Of a DNA stretch of 64,000 nucleotides, positions 1-11,309 are shown piece after piece (within the stretch, counting starts at the first letter, position 1; each line of letters starts with the position of its first letter). Location of the stretch: assembly GCA_043228905.1 (NCBI GenBank), contig JBHGNT010000016.1, positions 12,338,001-12,402,000 on the forward strand, written 5' to 3'. Below the pieces are notes generated by a model, which did not search any database, had not been told where the DNA came from, and saw only the letters and a list, made by a program, of their open reading frames with translations. The translations under genes were made by a program, and so were the position numbers. The DNA comes from Azolla caroliniana. Its lineage: Eukaryota > Plantae > Polypodiophyta.

Positions 1-219
1 AAAGCACAGTGAAGAGGGGGAAAGAGAAAAATTCGTTTTTTTTAAACATTTTTATTTTTTAAATGCATAAATAGCCGGTTACAAAAATATGAACCGCCTG
101 GATTACAAGTTTTGGGAAATTCTAGCCGGAATCTGTTCCGGCTCTCTCCCACCTTAGTTGGCAAAAATCCCAACTGAACCGGAACATTGACATTGTTCCT
201 GGGATTTTGCCCAACACTG
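1..219. mobile_element. Right end of a probable non-autonomous hAT-like DNA transposon
   Basis: Ends in ...GCCCAACACTG (reverse complement CAGTGTTGGGC, a hAT-like terminus) after clustered CCGG subterminal motifs. The other end and the TSD lie outside the window. Confidence 0.4.
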
Positions 220-1372
220 CTTAGGAGTGGTCGGGTGGATTGGCACCCTTCTTTCTCTCTCTCCTCTCTATTTTCTAATAATATATTTCTTATCTCATGC
301 TTACATTAGGATCTAGCTCTAAAACTAATCATGGACAGTGCATAGACCAGTAGTAGGGATGATGACCAGCCACATTATGCTGAAAGACCCCAGTTGGAGG
401 AGGATACATATTGGGAGGATGACTATAGAAGAGATGATCAGGATAGATATAAAAATTATTACGCACCCAATTACCACAAGAGGTAGACAACGAACAATAG
501 GGGTGGTTTCGCTGAGCCGAAAAGCTATGGAGATAATCGACGACCTCAAAACCAACAACAAATGGAGGACTCGATGGACAATCGCCGACTTCCAACACAA
601 CCATATTGGTTCCCCCTTGCGGTAGGGTACACATCCAAACTAGGCCGAGAGGGGTTCGAATTATCGTAATGTCTCTACTCTCCACAGCCAGCTACAACTG
701 GTCATACCCCAAGTATAGGTCCCCACCCGAGTAGATTGAACTTCCGGCGAAGGCTTCCGTGAGCTCGTGAATTGTCAGGCCAAGCCCTGCATTCCAAATG
801 GCCACTTTGTTGACCGATTGTAGGTCCTGGATGAAGCTTAGCGTGCCGTTCTTCTTCTGCACTGTAAACCACTGATTTGAATAAGGATCACTCGACGGCT
901 CGAGGATGCCCATGTCCACTTTTTGCTTGAACAGCTCCATCAACTTCGGGAAGTGAGCCCTTAGTACCGGAATTTGTTTGAGATTCAATGGTACGTGTGG
1001 TACCATGAAGATCACCATTGCCTCTATGATTGTTGGGTCGATGCACCTGATCTCCCCCGGAAAGAATGCAAAGGCTTTGAACCTGTGCACTTTGAGCATC
1101 CTCCGAAACCGGTCCTCCTCCGCAGGCAGTAGGAAGCCACCCCCACTTATTTTGAGCTTCCGTAGCCTCTCGTCATTGAATTGGTGTCCTATGCCGGCTA
1201 GATCCAGTAAACTTGGGTCTGTCGGGACCCCTTTCATCTGTTTCCAATTGTCCTCCGGCAAGGGAGCCACAAGTGCCCTCACCTTCCGGTCCACAGTCTT
1301 GTAATTGGTGTATACTTGGGGCGGTCCGATCCAATCTGATCACCTTCCCGAAGTCCTCCATGAATTTGTACA

Positions 1373-1666
1373 TGGTGAGTGACAAGCTCAACATTGGGTG
1401 CGTAACACGGTGCGTAACCCAGTGCGTAGACTGGCTGCGTAAAACAGTACGCATAACGTGGCCATATCGGTGCGTAAACCGAAAGGCCGTTAGTATGGTA
1501 TTTCCTCGTAAGGAATAATTTTGGGAGTTAGTGTAGTAGGATCATTTATGAGCAGTCAAGTACTGTCAGTACTTGTGTCAGCCCGATAGTCAGGGCTTGT
1601 ATAAAAGGTGCTCACTGAGCACGAAGTATGTACAGAGTGTCATTATTTTGAAATAGAACTGAGTTT

Positions 1667-1703
<37 letters not shown>

Positions 1704-1798
1704 TCCATCTTTGCGTTCTCTGTGTTTTACCAAAATGTCGTTCTCCGAATTGTGTACTCTATGTTTCGCATACGCTTTCGCACACGTATTCTTTTACA
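1373..1798 (+). repeat. 5' LTR of Copia-A
   Basis: TG...CA direct repeat of 7187-7610, with TATAAAA at ~1600 and a (CT)n tract. Confidence 0.95.
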
Positions 1799-2127
1799 TG
1801 GTATAAGAGCGCGAGGGTTGAAGTCCTCTGCAGCCGACAGAAAAGCTTGCGACAAAGACATAGTTGACTTGTTATTCTTGGTTTTCGAAAAAGATAAGAC
1901 AGCAACATGGACAAAGGAATGGGAAGCTCGCTACCGATTGAGAAGCTCGACAAGAGCAACTACGCATCTTGGTCGTACAAGATGCACCAGTACCTGCTTG
2001 GTCATGGCTACTGGAGTTATGTCGAAGGAGATAATGATACAACACCCGAATCGACACATAGGGATTTTTCGGCTTGAGAATAGCCAGCAAGCAAAATCCT
2101 CTACTACTTTGCGTCCTGTGTGAGTGA

Positions 2128-2851
2128 TAGGGATCGGCTCAAGCCTAAACCGTTTGGCTTAGCCGGCTTGAAAACGGCTTAGCGGCTTAGCGGCTCGGCT
2201 CGGCTCGGTTTAGGCTTGAACTTGCCTTAACAGTTTGAGCTCGGCTCGGCTTGGCTTGAGCCTCGCCAAACCGGCTCAAGCCGGCTAAACCGTTTAAGCC
2301 GTTTATAAACTTTAGAGAGAGGGGGAGAGAGACAACAGACAAGGGGAAAGAGAGAGAGAGTGAGGGAGGGAGGGAGAACTACATAGACGTGGAGAGAGAG
2401 AGAGGGAGGGAGACTACACAGACGAGGAGAGAGAGAGGGAGGGAGGGAGACAACATATAAGGAGAGAGAGAGAGAGAGAGACTACACAGAGGGGAGGGGA
2501 GAGAGAGAGAGAGAGAGGAACTACATGAGAGAGAGAGTCGAGACCACAAACGTGAGAGAGAGTGGGAGGGAGAGCTTGTACAATGTATAGTATATAGTAT
2601 ATAGTATATAGTGGATCATCTGCGAGAGAGAGGGAGGTAGGGAGAGAGGGAGAGGGAGAGGGAGGTTTTTAAACCGGTTTATAAGCCGGTTTGGAAACCG
2701 GTTTACAAGTCGTTTACCAAACCGGTTCACAAACTGGTTTGTGAACCGGCTTGGCTCAGGTTTGAGATCTCGTAAATGGTTTAGGCATAGCCGATTTGGC
2801 TTGGATCAGGCCAAACAGGCTAAGCCTAAACCGAACCGTTGCCGATCCCTA
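2128..2851. mobile_element. Non-autonomous hAT element (MITE-like) inserted in Copia-A gag
   Basis: TIRs TAGGGATCGGC / GCCGATCCCTA; 8-bp TSD GTGAGTGA (2120-2127) / GTGAGCGA (2852-2859); subterminal AAACCG and GGCTC repeats; GA-rich core. Confidence 0.93.
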
Positions 2852-5800
2852 GTGAGCGACTAGCTATTGAGCTATATTCAGGATGCCAAGACACCAAAGG
2901 ACGTGTGGGCAAATCTCAAGAAGATTTTTGCCGCTAGCAGCACAACCAAGAAGCTTCATCTCAGGTAGGAGTTGAGCAATGTTCGACAACGAGATATATC
3001 GGTGGCTGATTACACCTCCAAGATCAAAGAAATATGCGACTCTCTCGCCTCCGTCAACTTGAACGTCGAGGAAGATGAAATGGTGCAAGTTTGTCTTGGT
3101 GGGTTAGCATCAAAGTTCAGAGTGTTCCGAACGGCGGTCTGTACAAGGGAGAATCCGCAATCATTCTTCGAGCTTCAGTCAATGTTGCTCGTGGAGGAAA
3201 ATCATGCGGGTGCATCGACGAGTATGCACGCCGATGACAAGATGTTGTACACGGAGGGAGATAGGCCCCGTGGTCATGGCAGACGAGGCGGATCGGCGCA
3301 TAATGGAGGCGGTCGAAAAGAGCAGAATGGATGGCATAATCAAAATGTCGGCAAGAGAAGGCCGCAACAGAATGCTGGTACTGTGGCAAGAAAGGCCACA
3401 AGGAGAGTGAGTGTTGGGAAAAGAAAGCCGATTCGGACAAAGCTGGATCGAGCGGAAGAGACGCAAGAAGGCATCAAAAGTCGCACTACGTTGAGGACTC
3501 CGAACGAGCCAGAAATGGATCAGGCCCTGCCTTCATAATGACGCACAAGGCCAATTCAATGGCCATGAACACCTCAAAATCGAGGGAGGTGTGGTATGTT
3601 GATTCCGGAGTGTCAAATCATATGACGAGTCACAAGGAATGGTTCTCGTACTTGGAGAAGCCAGAAAAGCAAGGGGTAGTCGAAACAGGAGATGACACCC
3701 CACATACCATCGAACATGTCGGTGATGTTCCCCTCAGCCATGTCGGGCAGAAAGGGAAACTCTTGAACGTGCTACACGTCCTGACCATAACGAAGAACCT
3801 GGTGTCGATCAGACAGATCTTTGACCAAGGGATGCAGGTTCGATTCACACATCTAGGGTTCTTCATAGAAGAGGAGGGCAAAGTAATCGCGCAAGGGCAC
3901 CGTGAAGGGAGGATGTTTATCCTCAAAACCAACAATGTGGGTACCGCTATGTTTACGAAAGGACAGAAGGTCGAGTCGGACATCGACCTGTGGCATAAGC
4001 GGTTCGGCCATATTAACTTCCTACGGCTTCGTGAAATGCAGACGAAGAACATTGTGTTCGGCTTGTTGAAATTTCGAGGTTGGAATGGCCAAGTCTGTGA
4101 AGCCTGCAAGATGGGAAAACAATACCGACTTCCATTCCCCAACGAGCATAATCGTAGTTGAAATCCGTTGGATTTGATCCATTCGGATGTGTGGGGTCCG
4201 ACACAGAACGTGAGTCTCAGTGGAAGCCGTTACTTTGTAACCTTCATCGACGACTTCACTCGGCACACGTGGGTATGCACGATCACAAAGAAAAGTGAAG
4301 TCTTCGCATGTTTCCTGAAGGTGAAGAGACTTGCGGAAAGGGAAACAGGGCGTAAGATCAAATGTTTATAGTCCAATGGCGGGAAGGAGTACTTCTCCAA
4401 CCAGTTCACAAGTTATCTACAAAAGGAGGGAATTCGATGCAAATTCTCGTGTAGACACACAACGCAATAGAATGGCGTGGCCGAGCGGAAAAATCGGACA
4501 ATCGAAGAAGTGGCCAGGGCAATGCTTGAAGAGAAGCATATGCCGAAATTTTATTGGGCTGAAGCCGTGACAACGGCTGTCTACCTACATAATCGGACTT
4601 CTGCTAATGGAGGAGTGTCGCTACGTGAATTGTATTTTGGAAAGAAGTCGGACATGGCACACTTGAGGATTTTTGGTAGCATTGCATATGTGCATGTGCC
4701 AAAGGAAAAGAGGAGGAAGTTGGATGCCAAAGCCGAAAAGTGCATCTTAGTCGGCTATCTAGACGAACAGAAGGGGTATAAGTGTTATTACCCTCGAACA
4801 AAGGAAGTGCGCGTAAGTCGAGATGTCGTGTTCAACGAGTGCGCTTCGTGGTACTTGCCTTCCCCTCCTGTACCTCACAACTCCATTCCGAATTCTGAAG
4901 AAGAAGTCAACGAGGTTGAGATGCCTCTGCATGATGGGGACATTGGAGCTCTAAGAGAGTCCGATCTCATTTCGGGTGAGTGGGCCGAATGAGAGGTTGG
5001 ACTGAAATGGCCAACCAAATGAAGAGATGGCGAGTAGTGAAGACTCAGTCGTGATGTCCCCGCGTAAAGAACCGAGGAGACGGTTTACACGCAAGAGAAA
5101 GGGAAGAAAAAGATGTCGGAGTATGATTTCGAAAATGCCGAGTCAAATCATAGCAAGTCTGACTACGGGCAAACTTAAAAGGAACCTCCACAGAAGAGGT
5201 CGACATTAGCCGAAAAGGTGGTGAAATCAGGTAATCACGAATTACGCCAATCTGCTCGCATGAAGAACCCTGTAAAGAGATATGGGTATAATGAGTACAT
5301 GGCGCACCATTACACGTACATGACACGAGTGGCAGAAGTGTGTGAGCCAAAGAACTACGCAGAAGTGGTGAAAGACGCAAAATGGCGTGCCACGATGGAG
5401 GAAGAGATGCGCGCTTTGACTGATAATGAGACTTGGGACCTGGTTGATGCACATAAGGGTGTCAAGCCGATCGGATGTAGGTGGGTGTATAAAGTGAAAT
5501 ACAACACTGACAGCTCAGTCAATCGATACAAGGCCCGTTTATTTGGCTATGCGCAGATGCACGGCGTGGACTACGATGAGACCTTCACGCCTGTCGCGAA
5601 GATGACTATCGTGCGTGTTCTGCTAGTCGTAGCGGAGGCAAAGGGGTGGCACTTACATCAGATGGATGTAAAGAACGCGTTCCTACAAGGTGATCTTGAG
5701 GAACAGGTGTACATGGCCCGGATTTCTATCTGAACGAAACACTTCAACAGTTTGCCAACTGAAGAAGTCACTCTACTGACTTAAGCAAGCCCCGCGAGAC

Positions 5801-7186
5801 TAGAACGCGAAGATTACGAAACAGTTGTGTAGGATGATGGGTTTTACGACGTTGAAATCAGACTCTTCACTATTTGTTTGGCAAGGTCAATATAGACCGG
5901 TTAGTCTTCTACTGTATGTTGATGATTTAGTCATCGCCGGTGCTGACTTGGACGAAATCAACCGTGTAAAGTCTCAACTTGCGGCATCATTCGAAATAGA
6001 TTGTCGGAAGCCTCATCTATTTGACGATCACCAAGCCGGACCTTAGTTACTTGGTCGGACTGATCAGTCAATTCATGTCGCAGCCTACGGTCGAACACTT
6101 TGACTGCGCGCAAAGGATATTGCAATATGTCAACAAAACTAAAAACATGGCGTTGTTATATCAGGCAGGTGTAGCCGAACAATTAGTCAGGTGCATGGAT
6201 GCTGATTGGGCCAGAAGTGCCCACGATCGTAGATCCACGTCCGGATACGCCTTCTCATTAGGAAGTGTGGTGATCGCGTGGAGCATAAGAAGCAGCCGAT
6301 AGTAGCACTGTCGAGCACGGAGGTCGAATATCGAGGGGCGACTGTTGCTACGTGCGAAGTCATTTGACTGAAATGGCTATTACGGGATCTGCATGTGGAG
6401 GTGTCTGATACGATGATGATCTATTGCGACAACCTTAGCAATATCCACCTTGCGAAAAACCCTATATTTCACGCCCGGACCAAGCACATTGAGGTGCACT
6501 ATCACTTTGTCCATGAGCGGGTCCTTTCAGGTGCAGTCGAACTGGTGTATATTCCTACGGATCGGCAGGTTGCCAACATCTTCACCAAGCCCCTTTGTCT
6601 CGACAAGTTGCGGCATTTCTCGGGTGAGCTTGGGTTGTGTCACCTCGACACGCCGAACTTGAGGGGGAGAAAGGAAAAACAGGAACAAGAGCATGGAAGG
6701 AGCGGAATTGACCGCGACGTGGAGTCAGATGAAGAATTTGATTTCGGGTCAGCTAAAGAAGCCGAAGAAGAGAGCAAGGGCCGTAATCGTCAGGAAGAGC
6801 CGAGGACAACCGAATCACGGGGAGGTAAGCCCAAGCCCAAGACATGGTTTGACATGGTCAAAGGCCTAAAGACTGAAGACGAATTGGAGACAACTAATTC
6901 GGATGTAAGTGGAATTGAATCGGAAGAGACCAATTCAATCGAAATGTTCGATTCGGATATTACGAATTGACTGAGGGCCAAGTGGAGGAAAGGGCAATAG
7001 AAGAGGCGCCAACACCGCAACAGCAAGGGAGATGAGAAGGGCGAAATGAGCAGACTAGCCGACCAGAAGGCTTGAGGAGCGCGGAATCAAACAGGTCGAG
7101 GAACGCGAGGAAGGCATGAAGCCAGGAGAAGCCGGAGTGAAGATCCAGAGGAGCATGTGGAACTTCAAGTTGAGCTTGAGAGGGAG

Positions 7187-7610
7187 TGTTGAGTGACAAG
7201 CTCAACATTGGGTGCGTAACACGGTGTGTAACCTAGTGCATACATTGGGTGTGTAAAAACTGTATGCATAACGTGGCCGTATCGATGTGTAAACCGAAAG
7301 GCCATTAGTATGGTATTCCTCGTAAGGAATAATTTTGGGAGTTAGTGTAGCAGGCTCATTTATGAGCAGTCAAGTACTGTCAGTACTTGTGTTAGCCCGA
7401 TAGTCAGGGCTTGTATAAAAGGTGCTCACTGAGCACTAGGTATGTACAAAGTGTCATTATTTTGAAATAGAACTGAGTTGTCTACTCTCTCTCTCGCTGT
7501 CTCTCCCTCTCCCTCTCCATCTCTGCGTTCTCTGTGTTTTACCAAATTGTCGTTCTCTGAACTATGTACTCTCTGTTTCGCATACACTTCCGCACACGTA
7601 TTCTTTTACA
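7187..7610 (+). repeat. 3' LTR of Copia-A
   Basis: Direct repeat of 1373-1798, preceded by the PPT and followed by the TSD. Confidence 0.95.
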
Positions 7611-8343
7611 GTACATCCCAATAGAATTTACCGGAACAACTTGTCTTCAGTAAGATCCTCCTTGACTACCTTCTAGATCAACCCGTGGGTGTCGTCAAAT
7701 GAGACTGCCTCCATGACCGCCTCTGTCGAAGCCTAAGGCGTCGAATGCCTTCAAGCGTACTTCGACTTGTTTCTTCTCTCGGCCACCGATGTTGGTTATC
7801 GTACAACCTCCATTAACAGAGGCCCAAAAACTCCTACCTAGTGTACATGTGTGGGGTTTCTTCTGGGTGTCTAGACTACCACGGCCCCACGCCTTGATAG
7901 TCCTCTTCAAAAATCCTCTCGGCTATCATTGCCAAGAGTGTCACGAATCCGCTCGTGGTTGGGTGGAACCATCAAAAATTGGATAGACTATTTATCGTCC
8001 TAGCTCTTCACCCGTGCGTACACCGAACCGTTGTCCTGCACTTTGGTTTCCATACGAGCCACCGTAATGTAACGTTCACTGAGTATAAACGGATGCAATG
8101 ACGACTCCTATACGAAGAAGGGTTGGCCTATTTCAACATCGCCCACCGTTACCTAGACATTCGGGGACGCCCCGTGAAGCTTTTCCATGGCATGAATTGT
8201 GGCACGAATCTTCCAAATGTGCTTGGTATTGAGCAGCCACTTACCCTTCTTATAGAAGTCCAAAATGATGAACCTCTAGTTAGGAGCGCACGGCTTCCAA
8301 CGAAAGGAGTCTCTTCAACTTCTTCCTCGAATATGTACAACTT

Positions 8344-8347
<4 letters not shown>

Positions 8348-8388
<41 letters not shown>
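8348..8388. repeat. (AG)n microsatellite
   Basis: About 20 AG units, read directly. Confidence 0.95.
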
Positions 8389-8392
<4 letters not shown>

Positions 8393-8849
8393 GAGAGCTC
8401 GGCATTCAAACTGACAACGCTTCATCTTCCCAAATTGTAGATCCCCCAAACAGTCTCAAACCTCTCCTTTTATAGAGCAAGGGGAGGCGATTACATCACC
8501 ATAAAGCCATCCGTTTTCGGGCAGAGATTTCCCTTGCTATTATTCCATGGTATATTATTCTTATTCTCTATGCGTGTGCGACTTAAAATACCCATTAAAC
8601 CTACTACCTAGTACTTACTCATCCTATGTTATCTACATGTGCTTGTACATTTCCGTGTGCAGCCTCGCACACCTCTGTTCACGTGCATCTAGCATGCTTT
8701 CTCCTTATAGCCGGAATCCATCAATATACCGTGTTTCTGTTTGAATCCCTTTGCGACGAGCTAAGCTCTATACCTGGGCTTCTCTGCTTCAGATACATAT
8801 TTGTATTGAAAGACCCATTTGCAGGGCAATGGTTTCCTTCCTACGAGTA

Positions 8850-10320
8850 GTTCGACTAACTCCCATGTCCAATTCGGATGAATCAAGTCCATCTCAGATC
8901 TTATAGCTTGTAGTCATGTATCGGCATCTGGTGTGGCTATATCTTCTTTGTATGTGCTTGGTTCACCTGGATTTGTGTAGTTGACGTAGTCGACTCCTGG
9001 TTGGCAAAACTCTGTTGGCCTTCAATTACGTCTCGATGTCTTGGGTGCCGCATTGATCGGTTTGGATCCTTCGATCGGCTCTGTCGGTTAATCGAAACTT
9101 GTTGAACTACTTATATAAGGAGTCTTGTTGGATGACTCACCCCTATCGTAGGATTTTAGCGATGTCTCATCACCCTCCCCTTCTTCAGGATTGATTGACT
9201 TCGAGGTAAGAGACATAGCCGACTCAGGTCTATTATTGTCTTTGGCATTGGGTGTTTCAGTGGAGTCGACTCTATCGATTCCAACTCGCAGCTTGTCCAC
9301 TTTGCCTTTTTCGACTCTTGTCGATTCGGCTTTGGCTTCAAGTTCCACTAGTTGTCGAATCTCCGATTTGGCCCGGTGGGACAATCCTTCTACGACGTCT
9401 CTGTCGATTTCTAAGGATACCTTTTTACCAACTATTTTCTTCTAGTTCTACTTAGAGAGGATAGAGTCTTCATTGAAGACTACGTCACTACTCCAAATCA
9501 AATTCCTATTCTCTGGGTCCCATAGTATGTAGCCGAATTTCCCATCGGTTCCATGACCAAGAAATATGCATTTCGTTGCATGGGGTGCCCACTTTGTCCT
9601 TTTCTCCCTCGAGATGAATATGTAGGCTTCACATCCGAATATTCGAAGCCGATTATAGGTCGGCTATTTGCTTGACCACAGTGCCTGTGGCACTTGGAGC
9701 CTAATAGCTTTTGACAGTGATAAATTTATCAAGTAAAATATTGTCTACAATGCTTCGGCCTAGAACTCCAGCTTCAGTCCATCCTGTTGGAGCATTGTCG
9801 TCACCCTCTCCTGGATGGTTCAGTTGATCCGTTTAGCTACTCCATTTTCCATGGGTGTGTGTGGAACGGTCTCTTTGTGTTTGATCCCTTTGTCAAACAT
9901 GTATTGTTTGAAGGCTCGGGAGGTGTTCTCACCTCTGTTGTCGGATCAGAGTGTCTTAAATATGCATCCTGATCGGTTCTCCACTTCAACCATCCACCGA
10001 GTGAAGATCTCGAGCGCTTCGTCTTTTGACCTAATCGAATAGGCCTAGACTTTCTATGTACAATCATCTACAAATGTGATGAAGTACCGGGAGCCACCTA
10101 GTGATCATTCAGGCATGGGCCCACATATATCTATGTACACGAGCTCTAGGGGTTGTCTTACCATCTCGTAATGGAGAGTGCCCACTTCGGGTCTATTTCC
10201 CATATCGAGAAGGCTCACTGAAGTTTGTCTTAGTTTGGAGTTTTGGAATGTAGCCAATCGGCATCAATCGATCTAGGTCATCTTGTGACATATGGGCAAG
10301 TTGGCCATGCCATAGGTTCA
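8850..10320 (-). mobile_element. Degenerate Copia integrase fragment
   Basis: The minus strand reads LWHGQLAHMS (GAG-pre-integrase-like), PLELVYIDICGP...GGSRYFITFVDD and a CIFLGHG motif, with many stops and frameshifts. Confidence 0.75.
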
Positions 10321-11309
10321 ACAATGGCCATATTGTTAATGCGATTATAATAAAGTTCAACAATGGCTAAATATCACACTGTTGTGAGACATGGCAAACA
10401 CTCAAATGAAGACTTATCTTTGTTTGGTAAGTTTAGCAAAACTATGAGGTGTAATTGTATCCATGTTAATCAAATGAGTTATAATTAAGAGTTTGACCCA
10501 TACTCGTATGTATATAATTATTCTTAATGTAAGATAGTGAACCTTAGGATAATGTGATTGAAATAACAAAGATATTAAAGCTTTCCATACTTGTGTTTAA
10601 TGTTGATGCAATCTAATCCTTAGGTGATTCTCATGGGATCGAACTCCAAATGATAACGCTAGTTAAACTACAAGCATATGAAACATGTGGATATTGATGA
10701 GAGGTGTTACTCCAAGGTTGTGCAACTAATGGGACAGTGTAGCATCGTCCATTATCAACACACTACCCAATCTAAGTAGCAATGGAAGACAAACAAACAT
10801 AATAGTTTGATAATTATTAACACACTACCCATTCTAAGAAGCAATAGAAGACAAAGAACCATAATATATGGACAATTATATTAGACACACTTTGACAGTC
10901 TGGACAACCAATCTCATTTAACCACTTTGATACTCTTGACGACCATTCACATCACCGACATCAACAATCTTGAAAGTCTCCAAACGAACAATCTCCACGT
11001 AATTCTGTGCAACACATCACAATGGGGATAATATGTTTAGGTAAACTTGAACCTCGAAGATTGTTACTATCAATACGTCATGTTTCTCTGATGCGCAAAA
11101 TTAGCCTTAAGGTTAGTAAATCATGTTTTTCCATATTACAGTCAACACTATATGCGTGAAATCAGGCTTAAGGTTAAGTGAGGTTTCCTTACACAATAAT
11201 TGAATAACATTCATATCGCTTTAATTTTACGAATTGATAAGTCAACAAACCAAGTGTATAGGAATATAATTGAAAAATATAGAACGATGTAAAGAATCGA
11301 CTACACGAA

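Larger units (their letters stand above)
1373..7610 (+). mobile_element. Full-length Ty1/Copia LTR retrotransposon (Copia-A), pseudogenised
   Basis: LTRs 1373-1798 and 7187-7610; 5-bp TSD GTACA (1368-1372 / 7611-7615); PBS TGGTATAAGAGC (tRNA-iMet type) at 1799-1810; PPT GAGAGGGAG at 7178-7186. Order gag-PR (WYVDSG)-IN (LIHSDVWGP)-RT (LYVDD)-RH (HARTKHIEVHYHF), with stops and frameshifts. Confidence 0.97.
596..8335 (-). mobile_element. Degenerate Ty3/Gypsy pol fragment (protease + RT) split by the Copia-A insertion
   Basis: ORF 692-1294 has RT N-terminal motifs (GILEPSSDPYSNQWFTVQKKNGTLSFIQDLQSVNK) and continues as TPLGLVWMCTLPQG at ~600-685. Frameshifted protease-region sequence lies at ~7920-8330. 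It is interrupted at TSD GTACA. Confidence 0.8.
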
